Origin: a virus
DNA length: 12,658 nucleotides
UHGV virus genome: UHGV-1796775
Direction: 5' to 3' (one strand)
The position numbers were made by a program, and so were the translations under genes. Positions 8,721-12,658 of the stretch are shown piece after piece. Positions within the stretch are counted from its first letter, which is position 1. Every line of letters begins with the position of its first letter. Under the pieces are notes generated by a model. It saw only the letters and a list, made by a program, of their open reading frames with translations, was not told the DNA's origin and ran no database searches.

Positions 8721-9047
8721 TCATTGATACCCTCTCTCACTTAATCGCCTCCACGCTTCGTTAAACTCCTCTCTGGTTGCGCCGGATTTTCTTTCTTCAA
8801 ACATCATGCATTCGCTGATGTCTCCCCATGACTTTGGTCGCTTTTCAGCGAACAGATCATCCCATTCGAATACCCAGCGGCCTGATTTTCGGTAGTGGTA
8901 AATGGTCAGCCATGTTGTGCTGTTCGCTGGATACCCATAGAGAACTTCGACTTTTTGATCACGGTCTTTATGCTTTTTCAGCAGGATAAAGCCAGCAACC
9001 AGTGAAGCTCCGGCAAGAATGATGATTGGAATTTGCCAGTCAGCCAC
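8721..9047 (-). CDS. Hypothetical membrane-anchored protein, 108 aa
   Basis: GTG start at 9047 with a strong GGAGGG Shine-Dalgarno 4 nt upstream. One N-terminal TM helix (IPIIILAGASLVAGFILL) followed by a basic stretch and a charged, Trp-rich soluble domain. No family recognised. Confidence 0.55.
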   Translation of the reverse strand: MADWQIPIIILAGASLVAGFILLKKHKDRDQKVEVLYGYPANSTTWLTIYHYRKSGRWVFEWDDLFAEKRPKSWGDISECMMFEERKSGATREEFNEAWRRLSERGYQ

Positions 9048-9059
9048 ACTTCCCTCCGC

Positions 9060-9266
9060 TTAACTCACAAAACTCCACGCCATTTTTGCTACGACAACAG
9101 GCATAACACCGATAATCACCCACAGGAGAATGCTACCGAAAAGCACACCCACCATGTCTTTACCTTCGCCTACCAACCGGACAAAACTGCTGGCAACCAC
9201 AATGAACGTCGCCACCATCCACATAGCACCGAGAATCCTCAATGCAGAGAAAATTAACTCAACCAC
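9060..9266 (-). CDS. Hypothetical small integral membrane protein, 68 aa (two predicted TM helices)
   Basis: GTG start at 9266 with GGGGGAGAG upstream. Two hydrophobic segments separated by a GEGKD turn. Its stop abuts the RBS of the next ORF. No family recognised. Confidence 0.5.
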   Translation of the reverse strand: MVELIFSALRILGAMWMVATFIVVASSFVRLVGEGKDMVGVLFGSILLWVIIGVMPVVVAKMAWSFVS

Positions 9267-9280
9267 GATTTACTCTCCCC

Positions 9281-9313
9281 CAAATAAAAAGGCCTGCGAT
9301 TACCAGCAGGCCT
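9281..9313 (-). terminator. Intrinsic terminator downstream of the helicase gene (tR2-like position)
   Basis: Perfect 8-bp GC-rich inverted repeat AGGCCTGC / GCAGGCCT (plus 9290-9297 and 9306-9313) with an 8-nt loop, followed on the minus-strand RNA by UUUUUAUUU. Confidence 0.7.
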
Positions 9314-9341
9314 GCTATCAGCTCAGTGATGTAGATGGTCA

Positions 9342-10778
9342 TCAGAATCCTCCTTTCTTCTTGGACTGCGGTTCCTCGCGTTCACGGCGGCGCATTTCAG
9401 CAGACTGTTGGTCTGTGTCATAAATAGCGCCATTTGCCTGAATGCAATACACCGTGCCGGTATTGCCATGACGATTGAGACGAAGGATTAGTTCAGTTTC
9501 ACCAGGTGGAACACTGTCATCAAAAGCGCCTTCACGATGGATCCCCACCCAATAATCGCAATCCTGTTCAATCTGCCCTGTATCTCGTGAGTCACTTGGT
9601 AATGGGCGTTTATTGGTTCGGCTTTCCAGTGCGCGGTTAAGCTGCGTCAGAAGCACAACAACGCAATCAAGCTCTTTGGCAAGGTTCTTCAGTCCTTTGG
9701 TGATCATGCCGTAGGCAAGGTCGTTGCGATCGGCCTTCTCAGCGGTCATTAGTGTCAGGTAATCGACCAGAATCATGCCAACACATCCTTTTTCTCGCTT
9801 GATTCGACGGCTTTCGCTGACGATTTGAGCCAGAGATAATCCCGGCGTGTCGTCGATGTAAAGCAGGTCGATTTCACTCAAGCGATTGGCTGTTTCGATC
9901 GCCCTGTTGAAGTCACCATCGTAATCACCCTGATAGCCGTCATCAGCGTCATTTGTCGCCGGAAGGTAAAAAATATTCGGGTTAACACCTGACTTCTGTC
10001 CTACCAGTTTTTCCAGTATCTGGTCACCGGGCATTTCAAGGCTGAACATCAGAGCAGGCTTTTTCTCATGCACTGCGCAGTTGATTGCCATCTGGCTGTA
10101 TAGTGTCGTTTTCCCCATCTTAGGGCGAGCGCCAATGACAAACAGAGAGCCTTTCACCAGACCTTTCGGTGACAGCATCCTGTCCAGCGATGGGATCCCT
10201 GTGCTCATTCCTCGCTGTTCGCCTGACGGGTCAAATCGCTTCTCAAGGTCGCTAACCCAGTCTTCCATGACCTCACCAAATGAGCGAAGGCCGCGACGCG
10301 ATCCGGTTTTTGCATGGTCTGTCAGTTGCGTGAAAATCGCCTGAATAGCTTCGTACTTCTGCGTTGCAGTCATTCCGTTGCGGGAATAGAGCAATTCCGT
10401 CGCTTCAGTCATGCGGTTGATGGCGTAGCGTTCCATTGCGGTTTCACGAACCTGCATTGCATAGGCAACGATGTTTGCGGCGCTTGGCGTGTTCTTTGCG
10501 ATCTCAGCGATATAAGCAAAACCGCCAACAGACGCCGTTAACGATTTACGCTCCAGTTCATCGAAAAGCGTCAGGCCATCTACTGGCTTTTGCTCCCGGT
10601 GCATTCTGGTTATTTCTTCGAAAAGGATTTTGTGTGGTCGGCTGTAAAATGAATCAGGCTTCAGCATCGCCAGAACTTTCTGGACGCGCTCACTGCTGTC
10701 ATCATCCAGAAGCAATCCACCAATCACCGCCTGCTCTGCCTCGATGCTATGGGGCGGCGCATAAAAATTATCGGTCAT
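9342..10778 (-). CDS. DnaB-family replicative DNA helicase, 478 aa
   Basis: Walker A GARPKMGKTT and conserved DnaB C-terminal domain blocks (LVDYLTLM, TGQIEQDCDY). ATG at 10778 with GAGGGTGA upstream (the ORF-track start at 10793 is a GTG). Overlaps the initiator gene end by 11 nt. Confidence 0.9.
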   Translation of the reverse strand: MTDNFYAPPHSIEAEQAVIGGLLLDDDSSERVQKVLAMLKPDSFYSRPHKILFEEITRMHREQKPVDGLTLFDELERKSLTASVGGFAYIAEIAKNTPSAANIVAYAMQVRETAMERYAINRMTEATELLYSRNGMTATQKYEAIQAIFTQLTDHAKTGSRRGLRSFGEVMEDWVSDLEKRFDPSGEQRGMSTGIPSLDRMLSPKGLVKGSLFVIGARPKMGKTTLYSQMAINCAVHEKKPALMFSLEMPGDQILEKLVGQKSGVNPNIFYLPATNDADDGYQGDYDGDFNRAIETANRLSEIDLLYIDDTPGLSLAQIVSESRRIKREKGCVGMILVDYLTLMTAEKADRNDLAYGMITKGLKNLAKELDCVVVLLTQLNRALESRTNKRPLPSDSRDTGQIEQDCDYWVGIHREGAFDDSVPPGETELILRLNRHGNTGTVYCIQANGAIYDTDQQSAEMRRREREEPQSKKKGGF

Positions 10779-11667
10779 CGTGTTCACCCTCACGAACTTT
10801 CAGGTAGGTATTGTCGTTAAGCAGGAAATCAAATCCCTTTTTGTGCCAGACAGTTCCGCGTTGATGGTTTGGACGCTCTTCGAACATCCATCGGCAATTT
10901 TCGCCTACGTAGCTCAAATAATTTCTCCAGTCCTGCATCGTGAACCCATGCCCGTCAAGCTGGCGGGTTATCACTCCGGCTTTGCGCCAGAACGTTCGGA
11001 TCTGGTTTTTACGCTTGTCATTCAGTGCGCGGATTCTTGGCGCTTCAGGAAGGATTTCGTGGTAAGCATCGACAACATCCTGACAGCTGACGGAAGGTTT
11101 TTTCTTGTCAGACTTTTTGTCTGCTGTGGCACTCTCTAATACGTCAGTATTAGAGATAATATTATTATATTCTTTATCTGTGGTAATTTGCTGGTAATCT
11201 GCTGGTACAGCATTGCTTACAGGCATTGGTATTGCTGGCTTTGAGGTGGTAATTTGCTGGTAATCTGCTGGTACAAAATTTGACTGATAATCGTCATATT
11301 TCTCTACCGAGAAAACTGAGAATTTACCGTGTGAAACCCAGTCAATCATGCCGAGTTTTTTGAACTTTCTAAGCAGGTACTGAACGCGATCTGGTTTGAG
11401 TCCTGTTTCAAACGCCAGAGAGTTTCTACCGCCAAGTAGCTTCCCTCTGCCTACCAGAATTTCTCCTGCGTCAGTCATTACATACTCAGGCGTATGCTTT
11501 GCTTTGAGGATTAAGTGAACCCACAGATGCGCAGCTTCTGCGTCCTTGTAAAACGGCACATCCATAATTTTACGGTGCAGCAAGGCATACCCCTTACCGC
11601 TGCTTTGATGCGGTTGTTGTAGCCTTCTGGCCTCTCTGGCTTCGGCTAGATTAGATATGTTACTCAT
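10768..11667 (-). CDS. Replication initiator (lambda O-like / P22 gp18-like), 299 aa, containing the origin
   Basis: ATG at 11667 with AAGGAG upstream. Iteron repeats and an AT-rich tract lie inside the coding sequence, giving the repeated peptide [10 protein letters not shown]. Followed directly by the helicase gene, as in lambdoid replication modules. Confidence 0.85.
   Translation of the reverse strand: MSNISNLAEAREARRLQQPHQSSGKGYALLHRKIMDVPFYKDAEAAHLWVHLILKAKHTPEYVMTDAGEILVGRGKLLGGRNSLAFETGLKPDRVQYLLRKFKKLGMIDWVSHGKFSVFSVEKYDDYQSNFVPADYQQITTSKPAIPMPVSNAVPADYQQITTDKEYNNIISNTDVLESATADKKSDKKKPSVSCQDVVDAYHEILPEAPRIRALNDKRKNQIRTFWRKAGVITRQLDGHGFTMQDWRNYLSYVGENCRWMFEERPNHQRGTVWHKKGFDFLLNDNTYLKVREGEHDDR
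11134..11178. promoter_or_regulatory. Origin AT-rich unwinding region with a 22-bp perfect palindrome
   Basis: CTCTAATAC-GTCA-GTATTAGAG (11134-11155; 9-bp perfect arms) followed by AT-rich ATAATATTATTATATTCTTTATC, immediately adjacent to the iterons. Confidence 0.6.
11180..11275. repeat. Origin iterons (ori) inside the initiator gene
   Basis: Two exact 28-bp copies of GGTAATTTGCTGGTAATCTGCTGGTACA at 11182-11209 and 11248-11275, each made of two ~12-bp units GGTAAT(T/C)TGCTG. A degenerate unit sits between them (GGTATTGCTGG, about 11229-11239). Confidence 0.8.
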
Positions 11668-11806
11668 GACCTTTCTCCTTCTGCATCAGCTTCACCTTTT
11701 CCAACTCAGCCCGGAATCGACCAGGCTGCTTGAAGCTGGACAGGAAGCGATCACGTAGTATGTGTTTGTGAATTTTGTCCTGGTAAGGACTGAGTTGTTT
11801 TGTCAT
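11660..11806 (-). CDS. Small hypothetical protein, 48 aa, between cII and the initiator
   Basis: Not in the ORF track. ATG at 11806 with AGGAG 5 nt upstream; translation [48 protein letters not shown]. Its TAA stop overlaps the initiator ATG. The start context GGAGTCATTATGACAAA is the one I recall for lambda O. Confidence 0.5.
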   Translation of the reverse strand: MTKQLSPYQDKIHKHILRDRFLSSFKQPGRFRAELEKVKLMQKEKGHE

Positions 11807-11818
11807 AATGACTCCTGT

Positions 11819-11895
11819 GGATTGATCCAGTAATGACCTCAGAACTCCATCTGGATTTGATCAGAACGCTCGGTTGCCGCCGGGCGTTTTTTATT
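11819..11895 (+). ncRNA. oop: oop antisense RNA (lambda-type), overlapping the cII 3' end
   Basis: Plus-strand GATTGATCCAGTAATGACCTCAGAACTCCATCTGGATTTGATCAGAACGCTCGGTTGCCGCCGGGCGTTTTTTATT matches lambda oop from memory. Terminator hairpin CGCTCGG/CCGGGCG at 11867-11886 plus a T6 tract; CATAAT -10 at 11804-11809. The 5' end is approximate. Confidence 0.7.
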
Positions 11896-12132
11896 GGTGA
11901 GAATCGAAGCAACTTGTCGTGCCAATCGAGCCATATCGTCGTCAACGACGCCCCATTCAAGAACAGCAAGCAGCATTGAGAACTTTGGAATCCAGTCCCT
12001 CTTCCACCTGCTGATCTGCGACTTATCAACTCCCACAGCTTCCGCTGTCTTCTCAGTTCCAAGCATTGCGATTTTGTTAAGCAACGCACTCTCGATTCGT
12101 AGAGCCTCGTTGCGTTTGTTTGCACGAACCAT
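11839..12132 (-). CDS. cII: Transcriptional activator CII (lambda-type), 97 aa
   Basis: Internal ATG at 12132 gives [66 protein letters not shown]..., lambda CII nearly residue for residue. The ORF-track N-terminal extension runs into nutR and is not translated. Confidence 0.93.
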   Translation of the reverse strand: MVRANKRNEALRIESALLNKIAMLGTEKTAEAVGVDKSQISRWKRDWIPKFSMLLAVLEWGVVDDDMARLARQVASILTNKKRPAATERSDQIQMEF

Positions 12133-12201
12133 ATGTAAGTATTTCCTTAGATAACAATTGATTGAATGTATGCAAATAAATGCATACACCATAGGTGTGG
12201 T

Positions 12202-12232
12202 TTAATTTGATGCCCTTTTTCAGGGCTGGGAT
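12202..12232 (-). promoter_or_regulatory. nutR N-utilisation site (boxA + boxB)
   Basis: On the minus strand, boxA-like GCTCTTAC (plus 12224-12232) and boxB hairpin GCCCTGAAAAAGGGC (plus 12202-12216), between cro and cII exactly as in lambda. This implies an N antiterminator encoded outside the window. Confidence 0.75.
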
Positions 12233-12251
12233 GTGTAAGAGCTGGAATGTC

Positions 12252-12467
12252 TTAAGCGGCTTTGTGTTCCGGCGGGAACACGTCATCAAGACTGACTTTT
12301 GCGCCTAACTTGTTTAGGCACTCAACAAGAGCACGGCATGTTTTAAGGTCTGGGAAGCGACGACCAGATTCCCAATGTCCGATAGCTCCCTGTGTGCATC
12401 CAACTGCCTTAGCAAGTGTTGTTTGAGAGATATTCAGTGACTCTCGATATTTTCGTAGGTTGCTCAT
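12252..12467 (-). CDS. cro: Cro-like HTH repressor (XRE family), 71 aa
   Basis: ATG at 12467 with GGAGGG 3 nt upstream gives MSNLRKYRESLNISQTTLAKAVGCTQGAIGHWESGRR..., a helix-turn-helix protein. Not lambda Cro. The ORF-track upstream extension covers the operator region. Confidence 0.8.
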   Translation of the reverse strand: MSNLRKYRESLNISQTTLAKAVGCTQGAIGHWESGRRFPDLKTCRALVECLNKLGAKVSLDDVFPPEHKAA

Positions 12468-12493
12468 ATGCCCTCCATAGTAACCATGAAACA

Positions 12494-12522
12494 ATAATAC
12501 GATATGTACTTTTAGAATGCAA
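12494..12522 (-). promoter_or_regulatory. Candidate PR promoter for cro
   Basis: On the minus strand, TTGCAT (-35, plus 12517-12522), a 17-bp spacer, then TATTAT (-10, plus 12494-12499), about 25 nt upstream of the cro ATG. Lies in the AT-rich divergent intergenic region 12468-12578. Confidence 0.5.
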
Positions 12523-12578
12523 ACAAAAAATACATCTTGTGCATGGATGGTTTTAGTACAGAGCGTAATAATAAGGGT

Positions 12579-12658
12579 ATGAAAATGAAATGGTATGAAC
12601 TGGCTAGATCCAGAATGAAAGAGCTCGGCATAACTCAAGAGAAGTTAGCCGAAGAGCT
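12579..12658 (+). CDS. CI-like repressor, N-terminal fragment (truncated by the window edge)
   Basis: ATG at 12579 gives MKMKWYELARSRMKELGITQEKLAEEL, the start of an HTH (XRE-type) domain, divergent from cro. Only 26 codons are visible. Confidence 0.6.
   Translation, partial: MKMKWYELARSRMKELGITQEKLAEE

Noticed and set aside
10436-10807. 123-aa plus-strand ORF antisense to the helicase gene, and similar antisense ORFs at 480-785, 954-1259, 1364-1615, 10081-10541 and 10780-11139
   Set aside because: All overlap strongly supported minus-strand genes on the opposite strand and lack RBS context; typical shadow ORFs.
1-12658. Possibility that this is a laboratory lambda cloning vector
   Set aside because: The immunity, replication (DnaB-type helicase) and packaging (P22-type terminase) modules are not lambda, and the nin region is intact. 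This is a natural hybrid prophage.
1-12658. CRISPR arrays, tRNA genes, integrase/att sites, IS elements
   Set aside because: No regularly spaced direct repeats, tRNA-like cloverleaf sequences, or transposase or integrase ORFs were seen. The only repeats are the ori iterons and the two hairpin elements reported above.

Overview
This window is a contiguous stretch of a mosaic lambdoid prophage (enterobacterial type), with every gene except the repressor on the minus strand, so phage gene order runs right to left. From high to low coordinates: CI-like repressor N-terminus (+, truncated at the window edge), divergent PR/PRM region, Cro-like protein, nutR, lambda-type cII with antisense oop RNA, a 48-aa ORF, an O-like initiator containing ori iterons, a DnaB-family helicase, a tR2-like terminator, two small membrane proteins, then the nin region (NinB, Dam-type methyltransferase, NinE, NinF, NinG, NinH, NinI phosphatase), Q, the pR'/qut/6S RNA/tR' late control region, lysis cassette S-R-Rz/Rz1, three unknown small ORFs, and terminase small and large subunits. 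Several blocks (nutR-cII-oop; Q through R) match phage lambda from memory almost base for base, while the immunity, replication and packaging modules do not. No tRNA, CRISPR array, integrase or IS element was seen. The best candidates for something undescribed are the two-gene membrane module at 8721-9266 and the three-ORF cluster at 1959-3199 with its repeated hairpin elements. All family assignments rest on reading the translations, not on database searches.
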